64,000 nucleotides of DNA from an uncultured Gammaproteobacteria bacterium (lineage in GTDB: Bacteria; Pseudomonadota; Gammaproteobacteria; UBA9214). This document shows positions 34,549 through 45,219 of the stretch, piece by piece; within the stretch, counting starts at the first letter, position 1, and every line of letters starts with the position of its first letter. The DNA lies in NCBI GenBank assembly GCA_963773065.1, contig CAVYZN010000016.1, positions 1-64,000 of the forward strand, read 5' to 3'. A program made the translations under genes and the position numbers. The notes under the pieces are model-generated. The model was not told the DNA's origin. It did not search any database and was given only the letters and a program-made list of their open reading frames with translations.

Positions 34549-34791
34549 ATGAGTGCAACGACTGAACTGCTCACCCAAATTATTACCCTTGGCAGGCAAA
34601 AGGGACTCAAACAGCAGGATATCGCCCGGCGCGCCAGGCTTCACCCGGAGTCGCTCTCGCGCGCCAAGAAATCCGGTGATATGCATGTTTCCAGTCTCGA
34701 TGAACTGGCCCGCGTGGTCGGATTGAAACTGGCCCTGGTGTCCGATCAGCCCGTGATCGAGAAGATCGATAAAGGGACCCTGTTTGAATGA
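34549..34791 (+). CDS. HipB-like XRE helix-turn-helix antitoxin
   Basis: GLKQQDIARRARLHPESLSR..LDELARVVGLKL; ATGA overlap with the HipA gene. Confidence 0.82.
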   Translation: MSATTELLTQIITLGRQKGLKQQDIARRARLHPESLSRAKKSGDMHVSSLDELARVVGLKLALVSDQPVIEKIDKGTLFE

Positions 34792-36160
34792 GCCGCGATC
34801 GTGAGGCGGTCGTCTGGACCAGTCTGGCCACACCTCCGGTACGTATGGGGCGGCTGTATCTGACGGACACGGATTGCCGCTTTTCCTATGACCCTGCCTA
34901 TCTGCAAACCGGGTTGCCTGGTTTGGGCCTGGTTTATGCGCCGGATATCTACCGGGAAAACACCATCATTCGAAAGCGGACGGCGTTCTTCGACTTCCTG
35001 CCGCCAATCCAGTCGCTGATACCACCGCAGGGTGAAAAGAATTTCCAGCGGCGTCTCATTCTGAGTTATCTCGCTAATACCGGGATTGTCCCCGCCCGGG
35101 GGATCGATGAGGACTGGGAGATTCTCAAGGTGTCGGGGCATGGCGCCATCGGCCACCTGGACGTTTTTGAATCGGACGAAAAGGCGCTGGCGTGGTACGC
35201 CGCTTCTGCCGATTCCACCTTGTTCGAAATTACCGCCGACCTGGGTTTTTCGCTGAAGGCATTTCTTACCTGGTTTGATCAGGATGCGGATGCCTGGCTG
35301 CACGTCATCGGCCCGACACCGAGCATCGGCGGGGCCATACCTAAACTGCTGGTGTCGATCCCGGAATCCGGTTGGGACGGTCGCATCGGCTTGCCGACCC
35401 GCATCGGTGTGCGCGGGGTAACCGATGTCGTACTTAAGCTTGAACAATCCAGCGCCTACCCGGGGATCATCGAGCTGGAAGCGCTGGCCCTCGCTATCCA
35501 CCGGGAAGCCGGGTTTGATGTGCCCAGGCACTGGATCGCGGAGATCAACGGCATCCCGGCACTGGCGGTCGAGCGCTTCGACCGGGATGGCACGCACACC
35601 CCGGTATTCACCGAGTCCCTGTATTCGATGCTCGCCTCGGGTGACGCGTCCGTCACCAACAACTACAGCTACAGCTATGACAAAATTGGGAGGGCATTCG
35701 ACCGGTCGCCCATCACACTGGTCGCCGACCGTGTCGCCGCGAAGCGGCATCTCCTGCAACGACTCGTTCTGGCGCTCCTGACAGGCAACGGCGACCTGCA
35801 TCTGGAGAACCTGTCGATTATCGATCGCGGTGAAGGGCCGCGTTTCTCCCCGTCTACGATCCCACCCCGATGCGTGCCTACTCGATCCACAATATGCTGT
35901 CCGTGATGCCCTTTGGCGACTACGGCGAGTTCACCGGCACACGCGGTGAACCCGTTGGCTTTACCGAGGCCGTGCTTAATTTCACGCGCAATCTGGGCAT
36001 CGGCAGGGCCGTGCTGCGCGATATCATCACCGCCTCACTTGAGTGTACGCGTGATTATCACCAGCGCGTCGCGGCGCTAAGGTCGCTGCCAGATGCCAAC
36101 AAGCAGAACCTGATCGCAATCACCCGGAAAATGGCATCGATGCTGGAAACTGTTGTCTAG
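34788..36160 (+). CDS. hipA: HipA-family kinase toxin, frameshift near 35850
   Basis: N-terminal MGRL..CRFSYDPAY, SIGGAIPKLLV, LAVERFDR, GNGDLHLENLS, FSP(V)YD. Confidence 0.88.
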
Positions 36161-36202
36161 ATGCGCACAATCCGGCAACCACACCACATGAGGGACGTCA
36201 CC

Positions 36203-38056
36203 ATGCGAGATCGCCTGATGCGCTTCGGCGGTGTCGCCGCCATGTTCCCGCTATCCGCATCGGCCTCGGGTGCGGGCGCCATGCCTTCCCTGGTGCATGA
36301 TATCGGCTACTGCGTCGTGCTGGCGGGCGTGCTTGCCATCGTGTTCACCCGCCTGAGGATACCGGTCATTGCGGCATTTCTGTTTGCCGGGGTGGTGGTG
36401 GGTCCGGTCGGGGCGGGGCTGGTAACCGATCCCGCCAACATCGAGACGATCTCCGGGCTGGGGTTGATCCTGTTGCTATTCCTGATCGGTCTCGAGATCG
36501 ATTTCCGCAAGCTACTGGCCAGCGGGCGTGTCCTGATTCTGAGCGGGGCGTTGCAATACCCGCTGTCGGTCGCCTTTGGTTTCGTCATTGCGCACTTGCT
36601 CATCTGGCTCGGGGTCGGCACGCAACTGCTGGGCGCCGGTAGCTATGCGCCTCTCTATGTCGGCTTCGTGGTGGCGGCATCCTCCACGCTGCTGGTGGTG
36701 AAGCTATTTCAGGAGTCTTTCGAACTGGATACCGAGGTGGGACGTGTGTCACTCGGCATACTCATCTTCCAGGATATCTGGGCGATCGGCATAATCGCCG
36801 CCCAGCCGAGCTTCAACGACCCCAAGATCGTACCGATACTGTTTTCCTTTCTGGGCATCGGCGTGCTGGCTCTGATAGCGGTGCTGTTTGCCCGGTTCGT
36901 CATCCCAATCGGCTTCCGCTGGGTCGCCAAGATGCCGGAAGTCATACTCGTGGCGGCGGTGTCGTGGTGCTTCATGGTGGTGTTCCTCGGGATGAATCTT
37001 GACGAGATCACCCGGGCGGCCTTTGGCTTCGACCTGCACATGGCCGTCGGTCCCGGCATGGGTGCGCTGATTGCCGGGGCCAGTATCGCCAGCCTGCCCT
37101 ACAGCACGGAAATCGTCGGCAAGGTCGGGGTGGTGAAGGACTTCTTCGTGACGCTATTCTTCGTCGGTCTCGGCATGGGTATACCCATGCCCGACGGTCC
37201 CGATGTGCTGTTGGTTGCCGGGCTGCTGGCCGCGCTGGCGCTGCTGGCCCGTTACGTGATCTTCTTTCCCTTGCTCTACTTCACGGGGCTGGACCGCGGC
37301 AATGCCATGGTGGCCTCGATCCGTCTCGCACAGATCTCCGAATTCAGCTTGGTGATCGGTTTTATGGGCACGCAGCTGGGCCATATCACAAATGGTCTGA
37401 ACAGCGCCATCATCTTCGCCTTCGTGATCACCGCGCTGCTGACCCCCACGCTTTACCGTCAGGCCGACCTCATCCACGAGAAACTCGCGGCGCTGTTGGA
37501 ACGCATCGGCTTCCGGGCGCCGGCAAGCATGGCGGCCGGTGAGGAGGAATCCTACCGGCTCGCGTTGCTCGGTTTCCATCGGGTCGCTTCTTCCCTGCTG
37601 CACGAGCTTGGCAGGAGGCATCCCGGGCTGCTTGCAAAGACGCTGGTCGTTGATTTCAATGTCACCATCCACCCCAGGATCGCCTCGCTCGGTCTTGCCG
37701 TGAAGTACGGTGACCTGCGCAACTCGGAAACCCTGCGGCATGCGGGGGTGGACAAGGCCAGGGTTATCGTCTGCACCGTACCGGATGACGTCCTGAAAGG
37801 CACGACCAACCTCCAGATCGTCGCGCTGGCCCGCCGCGTCAATCCAGGCGCCGTTATCATTGCCAACGCCATCGAACTGAAAGACAGCGGGAGACTGTAT
37901 GAAGCGGGCGCGGACTACGTCATTCTTCCGCGCATTGAAACGGCCAAGGCCGTGGAGCAGGCAATCGAGAAGGCGCTTGCCGGGGAGATCAGGGCGTATC
38001 GCGCGCAGGTCGAGGCCGGAGAAGGCGAGTGGCATGCGCGTCAGGAGGTCTTGTGA
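36203..38056 (+). CDS. CPA2/Kef-type cation:proton antiporter with C-terminal TrkA-N domain
   Basis: GLILLLFLIGLE, ILIFQD, KDFFVTLFFVGLG, AQISEFSLV, YGD...LRHAGV, GADYV. Confidence 0.9.
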   Translation: MRDRLMRFGGVAAMFPLSASASGAGAMPSLVHDIGYCVVLAGVLAIVFTRLRIPVIAAFLFAGVVVGPVGAGLVTDPANIETISGLGLILLLFLIGLEIDFRKLLASGRVLILSGALQYPLSVAFGFVIAHLLIWLGVGTQLLGAGSYAPLYVGFVVAASSTLLVVKLFQESFELDTEVGRVSLGILIFQDIWAIGIIAAQPSFNDPKIVPILFSFLGIGVLALIAVLFARFVIPIGFRWVAKMPEVILVAAVSWCFMVVFLGMNLDEITRAAFGFDLHMAVGPGMGALIAGASIASLPYSTEIVGKVGVVKDFFVTLFFVGLGMGIPMPDGPDVLLVAGLLAALALLARYVIFFPLLYFTGLDRGNAMVASIRLAQISEFSLVIGFMGTQLGHITNGLNSAIIFAFVITALLTPTLYRQADLIHEKLAALLERIGFRAPASMAAGEEESYRLALLGFHRVASSLLHELGRRHPGLLAKTLVVDFNVTIHPRIASLGLAVKYGDLRNSETLRHAGVDKARVIVCTVPDDVLKGTTNLQIVALARRVNPGAVIIANAIELKDSGRLYEAGADYVILPRIETAKAVEQAIEKALAGEIRAYRAQVEAGEGEWHARQEVL

Positions 38057-38165
38057 GTGGGGGATGAGTTGGCTGTGCCGGCTTCCACCGTGGCAGTGAC
38101 GGAAACACATGCCCGCTTCCGGCATCACCGGCCGATTCCCGAGCGGATACCCGAACGGTTCCGCC

Positions 38166-39224
38166 TCAGCGTTGCCCGGCCGCGAAGTCGATCATGCGTT
38201 GGGTGGCTCTCAGGGCCTTCTTCCTGATTTCCTCTGGGACGAATACTTCATTGCGGCTGCTCTGCAGGACCTCCGCGAGATTGCGCAGGGTATTCATCGC
38301 CATCCATGGACAGTGCGCGCAGCTCTCGCAGGTGGCGCCTACACCCGCGGAAGGGGCTTCCAGGAAGATCTTGTCGGGCGCGGCCTGTTTCATCTTGTAG
38401 AAGATGCCGTTGTCCGTGGCCACGATGAATTTTGTGTTGGGCAACCGTTGCGTCGCCCTGATGAGCTGGGTGGTCGAGCCGACGACATCCGCCAGCGCGA
38501 TGACCTCCTCCGGCGATTCCGGGTGTACGAGGATGGCGGCATCCGGGTGCTGCTTCGCCAGAACTTGCAGCGCCTCCGCCTTGAAGCGTTCATGGACGAT
38601 ACAGCTCGCCCGCCACAGCAACATGTCGGCCCCGGTGGTACGCCGCACATAGTCGCCCAGATAGCGGTCCGGGGCCCAGAGGATTTTATTGCCCTTGTCC
38701 TTGAGATAACTCACCACGGGAACGGCGATACTGGAAGTGACGACCCACTCGGCTCGCGCCTTGACCTCGGCGCAGGTATTGGCGTACACGACCACGGTAC
38801 GCTCCGGATGAGCGTCGCAGAAGGGGATGAATTCATGCGGCGGGCAACCCAGATCCAGCGAGCATTCGGCCTGCAGTGTGGGCATGAGGACGCGCTTCTC
38901 CGGGTTGAGGATCTTCGCGGTCTCGCCCATGAAGCGCACGCCGGCCACCACCAGAGTACTGGCCGGGTGCCGGTTTCCGAAGCGCGCCATCTCGAGTGAG
39001 TCGGATACCATACCGCCGGTCTCGTCTGCGACCTGCTGCAGGTCTTCATCCGTGTAGTAATGTGCGACCAGCACGGCGTCCTTTTCCCGAAGCAGGTGCT
39101 TGATCTCCTCGATGAGCGATTCGCGTTCACCGGGTGCATACAGCGGGCGTCCGATGCTCCCGGGCAGAGGGTACTCCCGCTCCAGCAGGATCGGGGGTAT
39201 CTGGGGAGTGGTCATATTGGTCAT
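38166..39224 (-). CDS. nadA: Quinolinate synthase
   Basis: [51 protein letters not shown]. Confidence 0.97.
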   Translation of the reverse strand: MTNMTTPQIPPILLEREYPLPGSIGRPLYAPGERESLIEEIKHLLREKDAVLVAHYYTDEDLQQVADETGGMVSDSLEMARFGNRHPASTLVVAGVRFMGETAKILNPEKRVLMPTLQAECSLDLGCPPHEFIPFCDAHPERTVVVYANTCAEVKARAEWVVTSSIAVPVVSYLKDKGNKILWAPDRYLGDYVRRTTGADMLLWRASCIVHERFKAEALQVLAKQHPDAAILVHPESPEEVIALADVVGSTTQLIRATQRLPNTKFIVATDNGIFYKMKQAAPDKIFLEAPSAGVGATCESCAHCPWMAMNTLRNLAEVLQSSRNEVFVPEEIRKKALRATQRMIDFAAGQR

Positions 39225-39386
39225 ATCACCAAGCCTGTACAGTCGTCTTCAAATATAAAAAATACAACTTATTGTTTTATATAAAAATGGTTGGTTTAGT
39301 CAGGTTATTGCATCAGGGCTTTGGCAACGGGAGAGCGGCGGTGCCGGCAGAGTGCGCCCCGATCACCGCCGGCGGCCGGGGATGTT

Positions 39387-39785
39387 TCATGCGACAGTCT
39401 GGTGTTCCTCGGCGGAAAGTTCCTTTTCTACCAGCTTCAGATAGCTCGAAGCCTCCTGGTCGCCCTGGCTGGCGGCGCGTTTGAACCATCTGGCGGCCTC
39501 GAGGTGGTCGCGCGGCATGCCCTGGCCATAGTAGTACATCATGCCGAGGTTGGTCTGCGCGTCCATAAATCCCTGTTCGGCCGCCTTGTGGTACCAACTG
39601 GCGGCGGTGACCAGATCCTGGATTATGCCCGCGCCCTCATCGTACATGACCCCGAGGTTGTACTGGGCCTCGACGTCACCAAGTTCCGCGAGGGGCAGCC
39701 ATTCCTCGTAGGCGGCCTGGTAATCGCCTTTCAGGTAGGATTGATAGCCACCCCCGAGAATTGTCCAGGTGGGCATGCCGGCCAT
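39387..39785 (-). CDS. Sel1-repeat (TPR-like) protein
   Basis: AQYNLGVMYDEGAG, WYHKAAEQG, AQTNLGMMYYYGQG; start uncertain. Confidence 0.88.
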   Translation of the reverse strand: MAGMPTWTILGGGYQSYLKGDYQAAYEEWLPLAELGDVEAQYNLGVMYDEGAGIIQDLVTAASWYHKAAEQGFMDAQTNLGMMYYYGQGMPRDHLEAARWFKRAASQGDQEASSYLKLVEKELSAEEHQTVA

Positions 39786-39945
39786 CAGGTATTGCTCATG
39801 ACTAGGGGATCGATAAACATCGGCGCAATTCTAATGATTTTCTCTCCGACATGTATAGTTATTGTTTATCGGGGTTCTTAATATGTGTGAGATGCCAGGC
39901 ACTGGTTAAACTCTATGTCGTCACCCCATGAATAGGAAGCTGGGC

Positions 39946-40362
39946 ATGTATCGTGTATCAAAGTCTGTCTCATTCTGTTACGGTCATCGCCTCATCAATT
40001 ACCAGGGCAAGTGTCAGCATCTCCACGGTCATAACGCGCGCGCGGTGATCACGCTGGAGAGTACCCACCTGGATGAACGCGGCATGGTTGAAGATTTCAG
40101 CGATGTCAAACGGCTGGTCTGGGAATGGCTGGATCGCGAGATTGATCATACCTTGCTGTTGCACAAGGATGACCCGGTATTACCGGTGCTGCAGGGCGCC
40201 GGTGAACGGGTCAGGGCCGTTGATCACAATCCGACGGCGGAAAATATTGCTCGCATGATCTACGATTTCGTGGCGAACACGGGCTACCCCGTGGTCGACG
40301 TCACCGTGTGGGAGACGGAGACCAGCCGTGCCAGCTATTCACGCATGCAGGCAGATACCTGA
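39946..40362 (+). CDS. queD: 6-carboxytetrahydropterin synthase
   Basis: FCYGHRL..YQGKCQHLHGHN, GMVEDF, DH, NPTAENIA, VWETE. Confidence 0.85.
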   Translation: MYRVSKSVSFCYGHRLINYQGKCQHLHGHNARAVITLESTHLDERGMVEDFSDVKRLVWEWLDREIDHTLLLHKDDPVLPVLQGAGERVRAVDHNPTAENIARMIYDFVANTGYPVVDVTVWETETSRASYSRMQADT

Positions 40363-40527
40363 GTGCGCACATGGGCGCAGTCGCGTGGCCGTATCCGTGT
40401 AAATCGGGGATATGGCAATGTCGGTAGCAACTCTCATGGGGCGCGTTCTCAAGGTTTTTCCTGTTCACTGTCGGCGCAGCGGCCATCGTTAACCTGACTT
40501 TCGCAACTCAAGCGCAGTGGTCGCCGC

Positions 40528-41745
40528 TCAATCCCGCCAGCGCCTGAAAATCAGCGTTGCGTTGGTGCCGCCAAAGCCGAAGCTGTTGGACATGATGGTA
40601 TTCAGCCCGGCGTTGGTCTGGCATTGGCGCACGATCGGGAAATCAGCGCCGGCCGGATCGAGTTCGGTAATGTTCGCCGACGCGCTGATGAAGTTCTCTT
40701 GCATCATCAACAGCGAGTATATGGCCTCATGCACGCCGGCGGCGCCAAGCGAGTGGCCCGAAAGGGACTTCGTCGAGGTGGTCCGGGGCGGCTTCGCGCC
40801 GAAGACCGTGCGGATGGCTTCCAGTTCACGCATGTCGCCGACCGGTGTACTGGTGCCATGGGCATTGATGTAATCAATCGGTTCATCAATCGTGGCCATG
40901 GCCTGCTGCATGCACCGCACGGCGCCTTCGCCTGAGGGTTGCACCATGTCATAACCATCGGAGGTCGCGCCATAGCCCACGAGTTCCGCGTAGATCCTGG
41001 CGCCGCGTTTACGGGCGTGTTCGAGTTCTTCCAGCACGACCATGCCGCCGCCGCCGGCGATGACGAAACCGTCACGGGTCGCATCGTAGGGACGCGAAGC
41101 GGTTGCCGGTGTCGCGTTGTATTTCGATGACAAGGCGCCCATGGCATCGAACATCAGCGTCAACGTCCAGTGCAGTTCCTCACCGCCGCCGGCAAAGACG
41201 ATATCCTGCTTGCCAAACTGAATCAGTTCATAGCCATTGCCTATGCAGTGGGCGCTGGTGGAGCAGGCGGAGCTGATGGAGTAATTCACCCCATGGATAC
41301 TGAAGGGGGTTGCCAAACAGGCGGAATTGGTGCTCGACATGGTCCGCGGCACCATGTAGGGTCCGACGCGCCGGATGCCCTTTTCCCTGAGTAGGTCGAT
41401 GGCCAGGGACACGTTCTCTGTGGATGCGCCGCCGGAACCGGCGATCAGGCCGGTACGGGGGTTCGATATCATGTCTTCACCGAGGCCGGAATCCTCCACC
41501 GCTTCCTTCATGGCGAGATAGTTATAGGCGGCGCTGTTTCCCATGAACCGCCGCAGCTTGCGGTCGATCAGGGCATCGACGTCAATGTTGATGGTGCCGG
41601 CAATCTGGCTGCGGAAACCAAGCTCCTCGTATTCCTTGATGAATTCGATCCCGGATCGCCCCGCGCGCAATGAGTCGGTGACTTCCCGCTTGTTATTGCC
41701 AATGCTGGAAACGATGCCCAGGCCCGTGATGACAACACGACGCAT
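40528..41745 (-). CDS. fabB: 3-oxoacyl-ACP synthase I
   Basis: [57 protein letters not shown]; follows fabA. Confidence 0.96.
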   Translation of the reverse strand: MRRVVITGLGIVSSIGNNKREVTDSLRAGRSGIEFIKEYEELGFRSQIAGTINIDVDALIDRKLRRFMGNSAAYNYLAMKEAVEDSGLGEDMISNPRTGLIAGSGGASTENVSLAIDLLREKGIRRVGPYMVPRTMSSTNSACLATPFSIHGVNYSISSACSTSAHCIGNGYELIQFGKQDIVFAGGGEELHWTLTLMFDAMGALSSKYNATPATASRPYDATRDGFVIAGGGGMVVLEELEHARKRGARIYAELVGYGATSDGYDMVQPSGEGAVRCMQQAMATIDEPIDYINAHGTSTPVGDMRELEAIRTVFGAKPPRTTSTKSLSGHSLGAAGVHEAIYSLLMMQENFISASANITELDPAGADFPIVRQCQTNAGLNTIMSNSFGFGGTNATLIFRRWRD

Positions 41746-41755
41746 AACGAATTTC

Positions 41756-42298
41756 CTAGAAATTTTCCGTGGAGGTGAACAGACCGACACGCAGGCCGGT
41801 TGCATGATAAATCTCGCGACCGTCGACTTCGACGGTGCCATCGGCGATGCCCATGTTGAGCGTGCGCTGGATGACGCGCTTCATGTCGATGCGGTAGGTT
41901 ACCAGTGAATTCTTCGGCGTAACCTGCCCGGTGAATTTTACCTCACCGGCGCCCAGCGCACGCCCGCGTCCGGGGCTGCCGTTCCAGCCCAGGAAGAATC
42001 CGACCAGTTGCCACATGGCATCAAGACCAAGACAGCCCGGCATGACGGGATCTCCATCGAAATGACAGGCGAAAAACCACAGCTCCGGTTTGATGTCAAG
42101 TTCGGCGATGATATGGCCCTTGCCATAGGCGCCGCCCGAATCACTGATGTGGGTGATGCGCTCGAACATCAGCATGGGCGGCAGCGGCAGTTGTGCATTC
42201 CCAGGGCCAAACATCCTGCCATGTCCGCATTCAAGGAGTTCGGCAAAAGAAAAACTGTTTTTGCGTCCGGCACCTGGCTTTGGCGTTGTCTGGGTCAA
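41756..42298 (-). CDS. fabA: 3-hydroxydecanoyl-ACP dehydratase/isomerase
   Basis: [45 protein letters not shown]. Confidence 0.96.
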   Translation of the reverse strand: MTQTTPKPGAGRKNSFSFAELLECGHGRMFGPGNAQLPLPPMLMFERITHISDSGGAYGKGHIIAELDIKPELWFFACHFDGDPVMPGCLGLDAMWQLVGFFLGWNGSPGRGRALGAGEVKFTGQVTPKNSLVTYRIDMKRVIQRTLNMGIADGTVEVDGREIYHATGLRVGLFTSTENF

Positions 42299-42665
42299 TG
42301 TTGATATTCCCTGCTGCGCGCAGCGTATTTGATCGGGGCGGGTATTCTAGTCTATTTTCCGGCTGTACTGTACTGGCATTCTCCATATGCCACTCGACGG
42401 GCCGTGAGGCACGTTCCTGCAACTAGCCAGCCCGAATTTTTAGCGCCAAGACGCCAAGAATTTCAATTGATGTGTCATACCGGATCGATAAAAAAGACCG
42501 TCAGAATAAACGAGGTATCCTAATAGAAGACACCGCTTGAATGTGTCAGGCGAATAAAATCCCCACAAGCTGCAACATACTGTGTGCCTTCAACAGAAAC
42601 CGAATGTTGTTAATACTTTGTTTTCTACTGGTGCGCATGGCGTTTTGATTAATGATAAATCGAGA

Positions 42666-43148
42666 TTAGTCCCGGAAATTGATATATTGCAGCGGCAGGC
42701 CAAGATTAGCCTCCCGCAGCAGGCGTATGACATCTTGCAGGTCGTCACGTTTCTTGCCGTTGACCCTGACCTTGTCTCCCTGGACGCTGCTCTGTACTTT
42801 TATTTTCGATTCCTTGATTTGTTTGATGATCATTCTGGCTGAATCCTGGTCTATGCCCTGGCGTATGGTGATATCCAGCTTCGCCTTGTTACCACTCGTC
42901 TCGATATCGCCCTCTGACAAGGCGTCGATATCAATGCCGCGTTTTGCCATTTTCTTGTGCAGAATGTCGAGCATCTGCTTTATCTGGAATTCATTGCCGG
43001 CCTGCAGTGACAGAACAGCATCTGTTTTCTCTACCCTGGCACCGCTACCCTTGAAGTCGAAACGAGTGTCGATTTCACGATTGGTCTGATCAATCGCGTT
43101 GGCGACTTCATGCATGTCAACTTCCGAAACGATATCAAACGACGGCAT
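42666..43148 (-). CDS. yajQ: YajQ family nucleotide/c-di-GMP-binding protein
   Basis: MPSFDIVSEVD, RFDFKG, GKKRDDLQ, LPLQYINFRD. Confidence 0.96.
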   Translation of the reverse strand: MPSFDIVSEVDMHEVANAIDQTNREIDTRFDFKGSGARVEKTDAVLSLQAGNEFQIKQMLDILHKKMAKRGIDIDALSEGDIETSGNKAKLDITIRQGIDQDSARMIIKQIKESKIKVQSSVQGDKVRVNGKKRDDLQDVIRLLREANLGLPLQYINFRD

Positions 43149-43334
43149 GCATCACTCCTGAAGACATGTGTATGATGGGGTTAGTCCGGCGATGGGCATT
43201 ATAGCCCCATAAACGATCGATGGTGGAGTACGCGCGTCGGGGAGGGGCGTTGTGATATTACCGCAGGTCCGGCATTGGCCGCAGCATGCGGTCTCAGGCG
43301 TGCCGGATGGGATGGATGTGTTGCAGGGTTGCGC

Positions 43335-44909
43335 TTATATGCCTGAGCGGATCAGCCCGAACCAGGTGAGTGTTCTTTTCAGGAAGCCGGGACGTCTGGT
43401 GACCCGTTTCGGTTTGGTGGCTCTGTCCCTGTTTTTTACCTGCTCCCGGTCGGCACAAGACAGAGCCGCTTTTTGTTCGGGCCAGTCTGCTGCGGCGTCC
43501 GCAAACAAGGGTGTCAACAGGATCGTGGAGTCCTGGTCATCCCCGTTCAATGATGTATCGGTCTCCACGGCATCCATGGAGACGGCTGGATACCCGGAAC
43601 ATGCAACGCGCGGTATGACTGGTGCTGGCGCTGTCCCACCGTGGCTTTCATTCATTGCGATGGGTGCGGGTACGACGGCCATTTTCTCGGGTACCGACCC
43701 GGCGAAGGTGTTTGAAATGCGTTCGGGTATCTCTGCGACCAGGCAGTCGGTCTCATCGGCTTTCTTGTTTGCCGTGCTGAAATGATCATATTGAAAGCCG
43801 GGAGAGAATATCTCGATTTCTTCAACCTCCATGTCCTCGCTCTGGAACAAATTCCTGGTGTTGGTAATGGTCTTGGGTACCCTATTGACGAAGGCAGCTT
43901 CAGCATCACTGCCTGTTTCAGGTTCAGTCAGCATAACCTGTTCTGTTTCAGGAGTTGCATCAGGGAGGGTAGTTTCATCATAAACGATCTGGTTGCCACC
44001 TCGTGTAATTGCCCGGGTCAACCGCTGATCGGCGATGGCGATCAGTTCACTAAGCCGCATATCCCTGCGGATTTCAGGCGTGGCGACACCGATGCTGACT
44101 GTTACGGTCGCCTTGTCATTACCTGATTTGAAGATGCGGGTACTGATATTGCTATTAATACGCTCTGCCAGGTTGTGTATTCCCGACTTGTTCATGCCGA
44201 GCAAAAGCAGTGCAAAGCGCGCCGTACCGATGCGCGCTACGACGTCTTCCTGACGAACTGACATGCTCAGGATTCTCGCCAGGGTTTGAATGATGGACTC
44301 GGAGAATGATTCTCCGTATTGCCGGTAGACTGTGAGGTACCTGTCGATCTCTATACGGAACAGGGTAAGACTTTTGTAGTGCCGGATGGCATAAGACAGT
44401 TGCTGGTAGCCGCGCTCCATGAAAGCGGCTTCGTTAGCAAGCCCGGTGAGTGTATCTATCGTCGACCTGTCTTCCAGGGCGGTAGTTTTTTCCTTGAGTG
44501 CGTTGGTGACCGCGTGAGAATTGGCGTGCGTCTGGGTGCGTGCGAGCAGATAAACCGCGTCGAATGGTTTGCCGATGAAATCAGTGGCGCCGGCCTGTCG
44601 CGCCCGTTCCATGGTGGTCTCAGTATCATTCGCGCCGGTTATGATAATGACCGGAAGTTCACGGATATGTGGCAGGTGAGAGTTCCTGATCCGATTGAGC
44701 AGGCCAAAACCATCCAGTTTTGGCATGGTAAGATCGGAAACAACCAGAGAGACGTGCATATCACCGCTGAGGATTTCCCAAGCATTCTCGCCATCAACGG
44801 CTTCGATGGTTTCAAAATGATCGCGCAGTATCTTGCGGGCTGTCACCCGGATGACCTTAGAATCATCTACAATCAGTAATCTTTGTTTTTCCTTGGACTT
44901 ATCACTCAT
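43335..44909 (-). CDS. REC-GGDEF response regulator with degenerate active site and long C-terminal tail
   Basis: REC (LIVDDS, VSDLTMPKLDG, GKP); DTLTGLAN; RQEDVVARIGTARF in place of RxxDxxxxxGGDEF. Confidence 0.88.
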   Translation of the reverse strand: MSDKSKEKQRLLIVDDSKVIRVTARKILRDHFETIEAVDGENAWEILSGDMHVSLVVSDLTMPKLDGFGLLNRIRNSHLPHIRELPVIIITGANDTETTMERARQAGATDFIGKPFDAVYLLARTQTHANSHAVTNALKEKTTALEDRSTIDTLTGLANEAAFMERGYQQLSYAIRHYKSLTLFRIEIDRYLTVYRQYGESFSESIIQTLARILSMSVRQEDVVARIGTARFALLLLGMNKSGIHNLAERINSNISTRIFKSGNDKATVTVSIGVATPEIRRDMRLSELIAIADQRLTRAITRGGNQIVYDETTLPDATPETEQVMLTEPETGSDAEAAFVNRVPKTITNTRNLFQSEDMEVEEIEIFSPGFQYDHFSTANKKADETDCLVAEIPERISNTFAGSVPEKMAVVPAPIAMNESHGGTAPAPVIPRVACSGYPAVSMDAVETDTSLNGDDQDSTILLTPLFADAAADWPEQKAALSCADREQVKNRDRATKPKRVTRRPGFLKRTLTWFGLIRSGI

Positions 44910-45219
44910 GTCCTGTCCCGGATGGTCCACCTCTTGTGTGCTTGGATATCGACATCCGGTGGGCGACCTTTAGGTTGTCAGTCGATAAGTGCGGGGTCGA
45001 TCCGGATTAACATCCGCTGGATGCATGGAATGGTGATATTCCATCTGCGATTTATAAGGATTTGGATGGGGTGATATGATCCACGACACGGCAGCATCCA
45101 GCAGGGCGGGGATTCAGTCCATGCAGACCGGGGCGACACTGCCGCTACATGAGGGCATGGAAACGCAGGGACAGCAGTGATATGGACATGGGGATATCAT
45201 CAGTCGGGCAGAAAAAAGG

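Noticed and set aside
39240-39300. AT-rich patch near nadA as a tRNA or integration site
   Set aside because: No cloverleaf, T-arm motif or att-like repeat found
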